Shown here: positions 9,409 through 18,987 of the stretch, one piece after another
How positions within the stretch are numbered: position 1 is the first letter of the stretch
Layout: each line of letters begins with the position of its first letter
Origin: Acidobacteriota bacterium
GTDB lineage: Bacteria; Acidobacteriota; Thermoanaerobaculia; Multivoradales; UBA5704
Direction: 5' to 3'
Length of the DNA stretch: 64,000 nt
Assembly: GCA_040005235.1 (NCBI GenBank)
Contig: JBDTZG010000004.1
Span: 1-64,000, forward strand
Position numbers and translations under genes: made by a program
Notes under the pieces: generated by a model
What the model was told of the DNA's origin: nothing
Database searches by the model: none
Seen by the model: the letters and a program-made list of their open reading frames with translations, nothing else

Positions 9409-10347
9409 ATGCCTCGCAAGATTCGCTTCACGCCCGAAGGCGGCGCCCTTTACGAGGTCACCTGCCGCACGATCCAGAGCTGATTCCTGCTGCGGCCGAG
9501 CCCTCTTCTCAACGAGGTCATCCTCGGCGCGCTCGGCCGCGCTCAGCGACTCTACCCGCTCGAAATCTGCGCGTTCTTCTTCGTTAGTAATCACTTCCAC
9601 CTCTTGGCGCGCGCAGACGACAGCCAGCGCCTCGCCAACTTCATGGGCTATTTCAACTCCAAGCTCGCCCGAGAGGTGGGTCGGCTGACCGGCTGGCGCG
9701 ACAAGATCTTTGCTCGCCGCTACCAGGCGATCCTGGTCAGTGAAGAAGAGGAAGCCCAGGTCGGGCGCTTGCTCTATCTGCTCTCTCATGGCGCCAAGGA
9801 GAACCTGGTCGCCGACCTTCGGGAGTGGCCGGGCGTTCACTGCGTCGATGCCCTTCTGACCGGTGAATCTTTGGAAGGCACCTGGTTCGATCGGACGGAG
9901 GAGTACACCGCCCGCCAGCGCGGCGGGGAATTCGGCGCCCGCGAATACTCCAGCGCCGAGACCGTCGCGTTGACACCCCTGCCCTGTTGGGCCGACCTCT
10001 CGCCGGAGGAATACAAGGCGCGAATTGCCGATCTCCTTGAAGCGATCGTCACCGGAGCCGCCAATCGGCGATCGGCGACGGGGATCCAGCCGCTCGGCCG
10101 GGCCGCGATCCTGAGCCAGCATCCGTTTTCCCAGCCCACCAAGACCAAGAAGTCGCCCGCCCCGCTCGTCCACGCCGCCAGCAAGCGCGTCCGCACCGAG
10201 ATCAAGATCGCCTATGCCTGGTTCGTGAGGGTATTCCGGGAAGCAGCCGAGTACCTGCGCGCCGGGGACCGCCTCGCCCGATTCCCGAAGGGGAGCTTCC
10301 CTCCCGGTCTACCCTTCGTCCGAGCGGCGGTCGGCCCGGCGGGTTGA
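9409..10347 (+). pseudogene. Full-length Y1 transposase with one in-frame stop
   Basis: ATG 9409 (MPRKIRFTPEGGALYEVTCRT); TGA at 9481-9483 where the 3449 copy has CGA; SNHFHLL is retained. Confidence 0.85.
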
Positions 10348-10939
10348 CCGCCGGCGGCGCCGGCCGCTCCACGCCATGATTCATCGCTACGACACAAACT
10401 ATCGGCGGTGCCTACCGCCGAAGGCCGAGCCGCACTCGTCGGCCGTGGTGAAGACCTGCTATTCAATGACTCTCTTCCCGAATGTGAATCGTCGCGACCG
10501 CCGGCTGCCTAAACCGGGACACTCGAACGGCCTTTGAAGCTCTTCTGGCAGAGGGGGATCTGGTTGGCTGCCTCTACTTGGCTGGCACCTCTTGCCGGGC
10601 GCCTATTCCACACCTATTCCGGGCGGCACCTATTCGTGATGGAGCGTTTCTTCCCGATTTCTCGCGTTCTTAGAAGGAAGCGATATCGGAGGTCGCGGTC
10701 GGACGGGAGGTCCCATGGAAGCCAATGGTCTGGTGTCATTGCTGATTGCGGTCATCGGTCTGGTGCTCATGTTCGCTCAACTCAAACTATTCTCGATCGA
10801 CAGCAGCTTAAAGCGGATTGTTGATCTGCTCGAACGCGGCGCCAAAGAGGAAGGGAGGGGGCCGTCCGGAGATTAGGCTGGCACCTATTCCGGGCTGTTG
10901 GCTGCCTCTACTTGGGTGGCACCTCTTGCTGGCGAACCA

Positions 10940-11095
10940 CGTGAAGGCGATCTTCATCGCGGTCCGAACCCGTTTGCTGGCAGCGTGGACGAGCGGCGCA
11001 GGCGATCTCTTGGTCTTGGTCGGCTGGGAGAACGGGTGCTGTCGGAGGAAGGCGGTCCGGCCGAGTGGCTCGATTCCGGTTTCGGCTCGGCGAGG
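10940..11095 (-). pseudogene. Inverted Y1 transposase fragment
   Basis: Reverse strand resembles the TGIEPLGR ... QHPFSQPTKTKRSPAPLVHAASKRVRT segment. Confidence 0.75.
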
Positions 11096-11130
11096 GTCGC
11101 TCTCGGTTAAGCTGGCACCTATTTTGGCAC

Positions 11131-11721
11131 CTATTTTGGGCTTGAAATCGGTGTACGTTCTTGCCCTTCAGGCACCACCTCGGAGGTGGCCTGACCGGTG
11201 GCCAGGCCCTCGTGCATCCACGCGTCCGACCGTTCAGTCGGTGACGCATTGTAGGGCGGCAGCGAGTTCATGAACTGAATGAAATCAGAATCGAATTGAG
11301 ATGAGAGTTCGAGATCCCAAGCCCGTCTGAAATTGGAACGCGAGAGCCACCAGCGCATATAGTCGCACCACCCGGTCCATTGTTTGTTGGCTGGATCAGG
11401 ATGCCCACGGTACAAGAGAAATGCCTGTTCCATGACCGAAACCAGTATATTGAAAGCAATCCATTCGCGTTTCACGTCGCGTGGAGTGGACGCCCCAGGA
11501 GAAACGAGATCGTAGATATCGAGTTCCGGATGCTCGAAGCACAACTTTAGGTACTCGATGTATTGATTGTTCGGGGATAAGTAGATCTGAGCCTGCCGCT
11601 CAAACCGCTCTCGACGCTGCTCAAACCAGAAGACCAGAATAGCAATCGGGATACCCAAGAACGTTGCGGCCGAGGCCAGAGCGTCGAGCCAATCCTTGAG
11701 CGCTGAGTCAATTTGCGGCAT
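11131..11721 (-). CDS. Hypothetical membrane-anchored cassette protein
   Basis: N-terminal TM segment, GGGAGG RBS, and GTTAGGC 34 nt upstream on the coding strand. The C-terminus runs into element DNA. Confidence 0.7.
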   Translation of the reverse strand: MPQIDSALKDWLDALASAATFLGIPIAILVFWFEQRRERFERQAQIYLSPNNQYIEYLKLCFEHPELDIYDLVSPGASTPRDVKREWIAFNILVSVMEQAFLLYRGHPDPANKQWTGWCDYMRWWLSRSNFRRAWDLELSSQFDSDFIQFMNSLPPYNASPTERSDAWMHEGLATGQATSEVVPEGQERTPISSPK

Positions 11722-11944
11722 GTGCCTCCCGGTGGCGAAGTATCGCTCTGAATCTGCCTAACGGTCTGACGATAATCACTGTCGCCCCGAGGCCCACGGA
11801 GTGTTTATGCCGCTACCTGGCTCCCTGAGGCCTCGGCATCCCAGAAGGAACTTCCCAGTGGTGCTCTGCGGCTTAGCGTCAAAGCTATGCGAGCTGGCAC
11901 GCCGCGTCAACTCGGAGCTTCGTGACGGAAGGTAACCAGCCGTC

Positions 11945-12240
11945 GTGTAGGCGATCTTCATCTCGGTTCGAACTCGTTTCGCTGGCGGCGTGGACGGGCG
12001 GCGCGAGAAATCTCTTGGTCTCGGTCTGCTGAGAGAACGGGTGCTGTCGGAGGACGGCGGCCCGGCCGAGGGGCTCGATTCCCGTTTCGGCTCGGCGAGC
12101 AGCGGCCTTGGCGATGATCGCCTCGACCAACTCCGCGATCCGCTTGAGGTACTGCTCCGCCGAAAGATCTCTCGCCAGTAGGGCAAGGGCGCGAGACCTA
12201 CGGTTTCGGTTTCCGCGAACTACCGAGTACCGAATTCCTT
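11945..12240 (-). pseudogene. Inverted Y1 transposase fragment
   Basis: DLSAEQYLKRIAELVEAIIAKAAARRAETGIEPLGRAAVLRQHPF. Confidence 0.8.
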
Positions 12241-12563
12241 GTGGCACAGTCGCGCTTCCCCTATTGCGGTCGAAGGCTGGGCGGGTCGGTTCGCAGGTTA
12301 GGGTGGCACCATCGGGGGGGGCACCTATTCGGATCGAGCCGCAGGTTAGGGTGGCCTGGCACTTTTCTTCCGTTGCCTTTGACACCAGGGAGACCCTTGC
12401 TTTAGCATCTGTCACGAATTGAAAATCAAGGAGAATAGGCCCCAGGAAGCGATCGACGTGGCAAGTCTTTGGCGGGCGGCAGTCGAAGCATGTCCCTCTC
12501 TGCCTCCTTAGCCTTTTTCTCCTCAAACCTCCACCTGGCCGACACTAGGCAACTGAGGTAACC

Positions 12564-14201
12564 ATGAACTGGAAGCCGCGGGTGTTCTTCTCGTATGCGT
12601 GGGGAAGTGATGTCCACAATGCTCGCGTTGAGGAAGTTGCCCGACGCCTTCGAGATCGGGATTGCGAAGTCCGCATCGATCGGAGAGACCTTGTGCCAGG
12701 CGACAGCATTCTCGACTATATTGAGGAGTCGCTGCGATGGGCTTCTAAGGTGCTGGTCATGTGTGAGCCCGCCTACGCTGAGAAGGCACGTAAGAACGCG
12801 ACTGGTGTTCGCGACGAGTATACGCTGATCAGGGCCGAGGTTCACCGTGACCGACGAACCCGCCGCATTATCCCAGTCTTGTTGGAAGGGGACGCGGTGG
12901 AGGCCATTCCGGAAGCCCTACAAGATCGCTTTTGGATCGATCTCCGGCGGGACGATTCCGCCGAATTCGGCCACCTCGTAAATACGTGCTTCGATGAGTC
13001 ACAGCGTCGTCCCAACGTCGGACGACCGCAGTTGCCATCGTTCAAGTCACTGGTTGACGCCCCCGATCCTGGTTGCACGCCCGGTGCCCTCCGCTTTCTT
13101 CGCTGGCTCTACGGCGAGAACTCACTGCTGAAGGCGCCATCGGGAGAAGAATTCCCCATTGCTGTCAGGCCCACAGCAAGCACCGACCCTGCCGTGCTGC
13201 CCCGGGCACTAGTTCCAGACAGTTGCGCCTTCGACGTGACGGGTGGCCTAATCGAACGAAGGCGACTCGAGGGAGCGAGACTGTGGGATCAGGCCACTTT
13301 CACACTCCGGAGCGTCACTGATGGAAGCGATGGCCGTATCGAAACAATAGACTGTTCAATCGGCGCGTACTTTGCCGCGGTCAACACTTGTGACGTCCTA
13401 GAAGAGGAACTCAAAGCCATCGGCTTGATGCCTCTAGAAGCAGTGGGCGACTTTCGAAAGGCGTACGAGGGCCTGCCCCTTCGACGGGGCCTCCATCACG
13501 GGAAGGTGGGTGCGACTACGCTGGCAGAAGTTTGGAGTGGTACGGGCAGGAGTGCGGCTATCGCCGTGTCGGTGCTGTTCGTATGTTTTGACGGTGACGA
13601 GTATCGCTTCTACGTTCGACGTCGCTCGCCGACCGTCGCGGTCCACCCGCTCAACTACCACGTGGTCCCTTCGTTCATGTTCCAGCCGATGCTTGTAGGC
13701 CATGAACTAAGTGAATTTAGTCTACGCTATAACGTACTTCGAGAGGTGGCGGAGGAACTGTTCTCACGACCCGAGGGTGGAGGAGCAGAGGAAGGTACGA
13801 CAATCACCACGCCGAAGGACTTGTACTTGCTTCCCGAAGTGGCGGCCCTGGAGTCGCTTCTGGAGTCGGGCGCAGCAGAACTAGTGGTCACTGGTATGTC
13901 GGTGAATCTGCTCAACCTTCGTCCCGAGGTGCTTTGCGTTCTTGTGATTCACGACCACAACTGGTTTCTGGCGTATCGCTCGGAGATTAAGTTCTGCAGG
14001 TTGGAGTACTCGCAGGATTTTCCGATAATGAAGGAGTACACTGTTGCCTTCGACCTATTCGAGGAGGACTTGTTCGAAGCAGGGGGCCCGTTGAAGGCAG
14101 GCAACTGGGTTGCACCAGGAGCCGCTTGCATAATTGCGGGCGTACCTGCTGCGCGGCGATTAGTGAATCAGCACGACCGCAGGGGGTCTGCCGCCTCTTA
14201 G
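12564..14201 (+). CDS. TIR/SEFIR-domain protein with a C-terminal NUDIX-like region
   Basis: RVFFSYAW ... IDRRDLVPGD ... GVRDEY ... IIPVLL (TIR/SEFIR); VRRRS ... LREVAEELF resembles a NUDIX helix. Confidence 0.7.
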   Translation: MNWKPRVFFSYAWGSDVHNARVEEVARRLRDRDCEVRIDRRDLVPGDSILDYIEESLRWASKVLVMCEPAYAEKARKNATGVRDEYTLIRAEVHRDRRTRRIIPVLLEGDAVEAIPEALQDRFWIDLRRDDSAEFGHLVNTCFDESQRRPNVGRPQLPSFKSLVDAPDPGCTPGALRFLRWLYGENSLLKAPSGEEFPIAVRPTASTDPAVLPRALVPDSCAFDVTGGLIERRRLEGARLWDQATFTLRSVTDGSDGRIETIDCSIGAYFAAVNTCDVLEEELKAIGLMPLEAVGDFRKAYEGLPLRRGLHHGKVGATTLAEVWSGTGRSAAIAVSVLFVCFDGDEYRFYVRRRSPTVAVHPLNYHVVPSFMFQPMLVGHELSEFSLRYNVLREVAEELFSRPEGGGAEEGTTITTPKDLYLLPEVAALESLLESGAAELVVTGMSVNLLNLRPEVLCVLVIHDHNWFLAYRSEIKFCRLEYSQDFPIMKEYTVAFDLFEEDLFEAGGPLKAGNWVAPGAACIIAGVPAARRLVNQHDRRGSAAS

Positions 14202-14337
14202 TCACGGCTAGCACGGCAGACCTCAAGTCGGCGCGGTGACAACCCGCCGCCGGACCCGAACCGATCGAGCGGACAGCAAAACGGCGCCTCCGCTCACCGG
14301 CAAAGCCATGACGTGACGCCGAGACAAGGACGGCCAA

Positions 14338-15102
14338 ATGAATCTTGACATCGTGCTTATCGACATGCTGAGGCCGGACGGCGTCCTCACGACGTATAAA
14401 GTTCTGCCGACTGCGGGTCCCAGGGGACTAACGATGGACCGGCTTCGGGACATCCACCCCGAGCGTTTCGGCGACGCCGATCTCGATATCGGAGGCACGA
14501 GGATCTACAACGCGTCGCGTTGCTCGATCGACAAGATCACCTCCAGACTGCGTGCGCTCGAGCTTGGGGCAGACGGGCACTCTTTCCGCTTTCAGTTCGA
14601 GCACATGGGCATACCACTCGGACCTTCTAAAGAGGCGCACGGCGGGGCGTACAACTTGGTACTTCCGCCGGGCTGGCGATGCCGGAGCCTGTTTTTCTCT
14701 GACCCCTACGATCGCAAGCACGAAGATGTCTCGCGCAAGAAGCAGTTCCAGTTCTCCGTGATCTGGGACCCCGATTGTTCAACGCAGTTGGCCGAAATGA
14801 TGATGCGGTCGAGCCGGGGCTCGTTCTCATTCGTGGTCGCAGGCACGGCATCTGTCGTCGCCGCTGACCCCAGCGACACGCAGTACGTAGAGGCCCGAGA
14901 AAGCCAATACTCCGTGGCTCAGCTTACTGACTCGCACCTAATCGACCGCGATGGTCGCGACCGGCTAGCAGCAGAGCTGGCAGAAAAGTCTGAATGGCTT
15001 GAACTCAAACCAAACTTCTTCGGGTTGGGCGTGAATCTGAACGAGGTGGTAAAAGATGCGATCCGGTTCTTTCGGAAGAAGATGATGGATCGCCGGTCAT
15101 GA
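14338..15102 (+). CDS. Hypothetical cassette protein
   Basis: 254-aa ORF with an RBS, flanked by attC-like sequences. Confidence 0.7.
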   Translation: MNLDIVLIDMLRPDGVLTTYKVLPTAGPRGLTMDRLRDIHPERFGDADLDIGGTRIYNASRCSIDKITSRLRALELGADGHSFRFQFEHMGIPLGPSKEAHGGAYNLVLPPGWRCRSLFFSDPYDRKHEDVSRKKQFQFSVIWDPDCSTQLAEMMMRSSRGSFSFVVAGTASVVAADPSDTQYVEARESQYSVAQLTDSHLIDRDGRDRLAAELAEKSEWLELKPNFFGLGVNLNEVVKDAIRFFRKKMMDRRS

Positions 15103-15112
15103 GGAACATCTC

Positions 15113-15176
15113 CCCTAACAACGCCATGCGGCCGACGCCGCTGCATGCCGCCGTTGATGCCGCGCCTCAGTTAGGC
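15113..15176 (+). other. attC-like recombination site
   Basis: CCCTAAC 11 nt after the stop codon and GTTAGGC 57 nt further on, with an imperfect internal palindrome. Confidence 0.55.
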
Positions 15177-15239
15177 GACCAGGCGAACACCTATGATAGT
15201 CCGGCAGCGGTCTGAATCGAGGGGACTACAGGAGTGCCA

Positions 15240-15812
15240 ATGAGCCAGTACGACTTCGAGAATCCAGACCCCGATGAGTCGCCTGCGGAATTCCCGCACG
15301 AGGAAAGAACCCTCGCCCAGTGCCTCGGCGAAACTGTCCTCTGGTTTGAGGAACTTGATGACTAGCTCTCGACGGCGATCTCCTTCCTTTTGCGGCGTGG
15401 CGAGGAAGTGGGACGAATCGTAACTTGCGAACTCTCCTTCAAAGCTAAGGTCAACCTCGTCGAGGTACTCTTCCGCCACGAGAGGCCGGAATCGAAGCAT
15501 TTAGACTCTCTCCGGCAACTCTGCGGCGCCTGCCTCCAGATCGAGCAGCGGCGCAATCAGGTCATGCATTCGAACTGGCGCCCGGTCGTCAATGGCACAG
15601 GCGTTACTCGCCACAAGTACACTGCTCGCGGAAAGCACGGACTTCGTGACCAGGCCGAAGTGCTTTCCCTAAACCAAGTCGAGGCAGTCTGGTGTCACTG
15701 CGGGTTTCTGGGTCATTGCGTGGACGAACTGATGTTCTGGGAGTTCGATGTCGAGTACGGCACCCTCGAGGACCCACCCGAGGTAAGGGCCGCTGGCTAC
15801 CGCATCGACTAA
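15240..15812 (+). pseudogene. Hypothetical cassette gene with a nonsense codon
   Basis: AGGAG RBS, ATG at 15240, in-frame TAG at 15363-15365; the frame continues to 15812. Confidence 0.65.
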
Positions 15813-15895
15813 ACTTGCCAAAAATTTTCCTGAGCACATGCCCCGCTGGCTACCGCATCGACTAAACTTGCCAAAAATTTTCCTGAGCACATGCC
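15790..15895 (+). repeat. Perfect 53-bp tandem duplication
   Basis: CCGCTGGCTACCGCATCGACTAAACTTGCCAAAAATTTTCCTGAGCACATGCC occurs twice in tandem. Confidence 0.95.
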
Positions 15896-15919
15896 CCGTC
15901 GGCTAACCCTGAGCCCAGT

Positions 15920-16801
15920 CTACGCCGCCAGCGCTTCGCTGGTGTACAGAAAATATTTGTAGCCAGGCTCGAATCCGACCTCGCCCAGCAGATCCGGTTC
16001 GATCTCGTCCGGAGCCGCCCGGGCGAGGACAAGCGGCGAATCGGCGGCGCGGGTCGCAAGCTCATCCATCACGGTGGAAAACCCGAACCGGCCGAGCGGC
16101 CCCTCCGCCGAACCCGTGAGGAAAATCTGACACGGCTCGCCCGCTGTCGCACTTGGCTCGTAGAGCGCCCAGGCTTCCAGCCGCTCCTGAGAATGGAACG
16201 CCAGACCTTCGATAGACCGGCCAGGTTTCGTGAGGGCGGGTAGGTCGCGTTGCCAGCAGCACAGGCCATTGCCCACCAGCCCGCCCGAAACTAAGTCATC
16301 AAGGCTCACGGGCCCCAAGGCCTCGCGGGCTGCGCCCCCTACCGGGAGTGCCGGTTCTCTGTTCCGACCGGCCGGTCGGCACCAGTCGCGGAATTCTCCG
16401 GTGAGCTTCCAGCCGCAGGCCTCGAACGCGGCACCGGCCACCTTGCGCCGCTCCGCCGGGACCTCCGCCAGCAGACCCGGCGGCCCGAGGATCGCGAGCT
16501 TCGAGCTGAGAGAGGTGAGGAGGTGCCGGGCATGCCCGAGCCGGCGATGCTCGGGGTGGACGCGCAGGCCGTAGACCAGGGTGGTGGTGGCTCGTTTGGC
16601 GCCGAGCAGGACGCCCACTGCGTCTTTTCCTTCGAAGGCCACCATGCAGCTGCTGCACCAGAGGTCGAGGTCGCGCACCAGCCGCTTGAAACCCTCGTTG
16701 TCGAGCGGCGGCTCGGCCTCGTCCTCTGGGCCGCGACAGCTTTCAAAGGCGGCGACCAGGAGGGCGCGGTCGTCGGTCCGGCAGAAACGGTACGCCGTCA
16801 C
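15920..16801 (-). CDS. GNAT-family acetyltransferase
   Basis: LRVHPEHRRLGHARHLL acetyl-CoA motif; likely GTG start at 16801. Confidence 0.75.
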   Translation of the reverse strand: MTAYRFCRTDDRALLVAAFESCRGPEDEAEPPLDNEGFKRLVRDLDLWCSSCMVAFEGKDAVGVLLGAKRATTTLVYGLRVHPEHRRLGHARHLLTSLSSKLAILGPPGLLAEVPAERRKVAGAAFEACGWKLTGEFRDWCRPAGRNREPALPVGGAAREALGPVSLDDLVSGGLVGNGLCCWQRDLPALTKPGRSIEGLAFHSQERLEAWALYEPSATAGEPCQIFLTGSAEGPLGRFGFSTVMDELATRAADSPLVLARAAPDEIEPDLLGEVGFEPGYKYFLYTSEALAA

Positions 16802-16827
16802 GTCATTCAGGCGAACAGGCGAGCCGC

Positions 16828-18987
16828 TTACGCGGCGCCGTCCAGCTCGGGGTGCGGTCCGGCGCGGCGGGCCTGGAGGGCAGAGGGCGATCCCACCTCG
16901 TTGATCGGGGGCTTGCGCTCGTCGGCGGCGAGAGGCGCTGCCTCCGTTCCGTTCGCTGTTCCGTTCCCGTTCGCCGCGTGGGAGGCCTCTCCGGAAGCCG
17001 AAGTTCCGCTGCCTTCCGGATGGGGGACCGTGGCCGCCTTCGCCGCCACCTGATTCTGGAGCATCTCTTCCATCATCTGGCGACCGACCGCGATTCCATC
17101 CTCGACCAGGCTCAAGTTGATCGTGCCGACCTGGCGTTCGCCGGCCAGCGCCTCGATCCGCTCCTGGGTCCGGTTGCGCATGAAGCCCGAGGGAACCCGC
17201 AGGATGCGCTCGACCGCCTCGCCCTGCCAGTGGAACGCCGAGAGCAGGGGCACGTTCTTGCTGTCCCGTGCGATCAGGCGCTTCTCGCCGTCCGGGTCCG
17301 GGGCCGAAGCGGAAGCTTGCGCCTCGAGCGCCTCCGGCGCGTCGTCCATCGACGCGGTGACCGGTGCGTCGCCCGCGGCGGCGATTCCGTCGGCGAGCGG
17401 CACGCCGGTCTCTTCCTCGACCACCTGCTGCGCCAGCTCCAGCGTGATGGTGGGCAGCTTCCGGGTCCGGGCGGTCTTTTCGATCCGTGCCTTGGCCCGC
17501 CGCCGCTTGTAGGCGTCCTTTAGGGTCCACAGCGCCCGCCGCGCGCTCTCGGTCCATTGGAGCTTCTTGCCGTCGTAGGTGACCTCCTCGGTCAAGCCCC
17601 CTTCGGCGCGGGCGATCCGTTCCAGCATCTCGCGGTCGATCCGCTCCAGCTTATCGCTGCCGCAGACGCCGCAGCGCACCGCGTCCGGCTCGCTTGCGGC
17701 GATTCCGCAGCTCTTGCAGATGGCGACCGGCTGGCGGGAAGCCAGCTCCAGCGCCATGCGCTCGGCCAGCTCGAACGTCAGGTCGCGCGACTGCTTGGGC
17801 ATGAAGCGGTCCATCGCCTCGTCGATCACCGAATTGGTGACCACGCTGTGCCCCTTTTCGAGCGCCAGGCGCAGGATGCCGGTGCGGGCGATGCCTTTCA
17901 CCTGGGGCGGTACGCGCTGCATGCGCTCTTCCGCCTCCGGCGTCCACTTGATGCTCTCCTCGGCGCGGACGTCGATGTCCGGATAGGCGAGCCGGGTCGA
18001 AAGCAGAATGTCGCAGGGGCTGCGGCGCAGGAGGTTCTCGGTGTTGCTGCCGAGCCCCGTCTCCGAGGCTTCGCTGTGGACGCCGATCCGGCCGACGATC
18101 AGCAGCCAGGGATTGGTCTTCCGCGCGTGGTCGAGAATCTTTTGGAACGCCTTGCCGTCGAGCAGCGTCTTGGTCACGATCGTGTCGTCGTCGAGCGCCA
18201 TGCGCTCCGCGACATCCAGGTGCGACTGGTAGATCTGCGCCAGGCCGGTGTCGATGATCTCCTCGTGGAGCTGGTTCTGCTCCTCAAAGCGGAAGACCTT
18301 CGAAGCCTTCTCGGAGAGGACGCCGACGATGCCGTGGAACACCGAGTAGTGAAGGTACGGGTCGTAGACGCCGATGATCTCCACCTTCTTGTCGAATCGC
18401 TTCGCCAGGTCCAGCGCGGTCTTCAAGGCGCCGAACGACTGCGGGCTGCCGTCCACGCCGACCAGGATCGTGTCGCCTTCGGGCTCGTCCTTTTTGTACA
18501 GACGCTTCACCACCCAGACGTCGCGCTTGGCGCTGCGGGTCACCCGCTCGCAGACCGAGCCGATCTCGCTGTCCTTCACCCGGCCGATGCCCAGCGCGCC
18601 CATCACCACCAGGTCGCAATCGACGTCCTCGATGTCGCGCACCAGCTCGGTGTGGTGCTTGCCGTCCATCATCCGCGGCTCGAAGGGGAGGCCCTGGTCG
18701 CGGCAGAGGTTCTGCATCTGGTCGAGGTAGCTCTCGGAGATCAGCTTCAAGCCCAGCGTGATCAAGCTGTCGTGGATCTTCCTCTGCCGCTCGAGCTCGA
18801 CCTCGTCGAGGTACTCCTCGGGAAGCGTGTACTCCATCTGCTTGAAGCGGTAGTCGTGCATGCGGGCGGCGTAGACGTGACTGCCGACCAGCGAGGAGCC
18901 GAAGGTTTTGCCCAGTGCGACGCTGTTGACGATCGCCCGATTCGAATGGTCGGAGTTGTCGACCGGAACGTAGATCTTGCTATACAT
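16828..18987 (-). CDS. Tandem universal stress protein fused to PCP_red-like repeats and a CxxC/CxxC knuckle
   Basis: KIYVPVDNS and ILVGVDGS USP starts; three WTPEAEERMQRVP-type repeats; CKSC...CGVC. Confidence 0.8.
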   Translation of the reverse strand: MYSKIYVPVDNSDHSNRAIVNSVALGKTFGSSLVGSHVYAARMHDYRFKQMEYTLPEEYLDEVELERQRKIHDSLITLGLKLISESYLDQMQNLCRDQGLPFEPRMMDGKHHTELVRDIEDVDCDLVVMGALGIGRVKDSEIGSVCERVTRSAKRDVWVVKRLYKKDEPEGDTILVGVDGSPQSFGALKTALDLAKRFDKKVEIIGVYDPYLHYSVFHGIVGVLSEKASKVFRFEEQNQLHEEIIDTGLAQIYQSHLDVAERMALDDDTIVTKTLLDGKAFQKILDHARKTNPWLLIVGRIGVHSEASETGLGSNTENLLRRSPCDILLSTRLAYPDIDVRAEESIKWTPEAEERMQRVPPQVKGIARTGILRLALEKGHSVVTNSVIDEAMDRFMPKQSRDLTFELAERMALELASRQPVAICKSCGIAASEPDAVRCGVCGSDKLERIDREMLERIARAEGGLTEEVTYDGKKLQWTESARRALWTLKDAYKRRRAKARIEKTARTRKLPTITLELAQQVVEEETGVPLADGIAAAGDAPVTASMDDAPEALEAQASASAPDPDGEKRLIARDSKNVPLLSAFHWQGEAVERILRVPSGFMRNRTQERIEALAGERQVGTINLSLVEDGIAVGRQMMEEMLQNQVAAKAATVPHPEGSGTSASGEASHAANGNGTANGTEAAPLAADERKPPINEVGSPSALQARRAGPHPELDGAA

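Noticed and set aside
15920-17557. 545-aa ORF as listed
   Set aside because: Its N-terminal half is an out-of-frame overlap with the USP gene; the GNAT gene probably starts near 16801.
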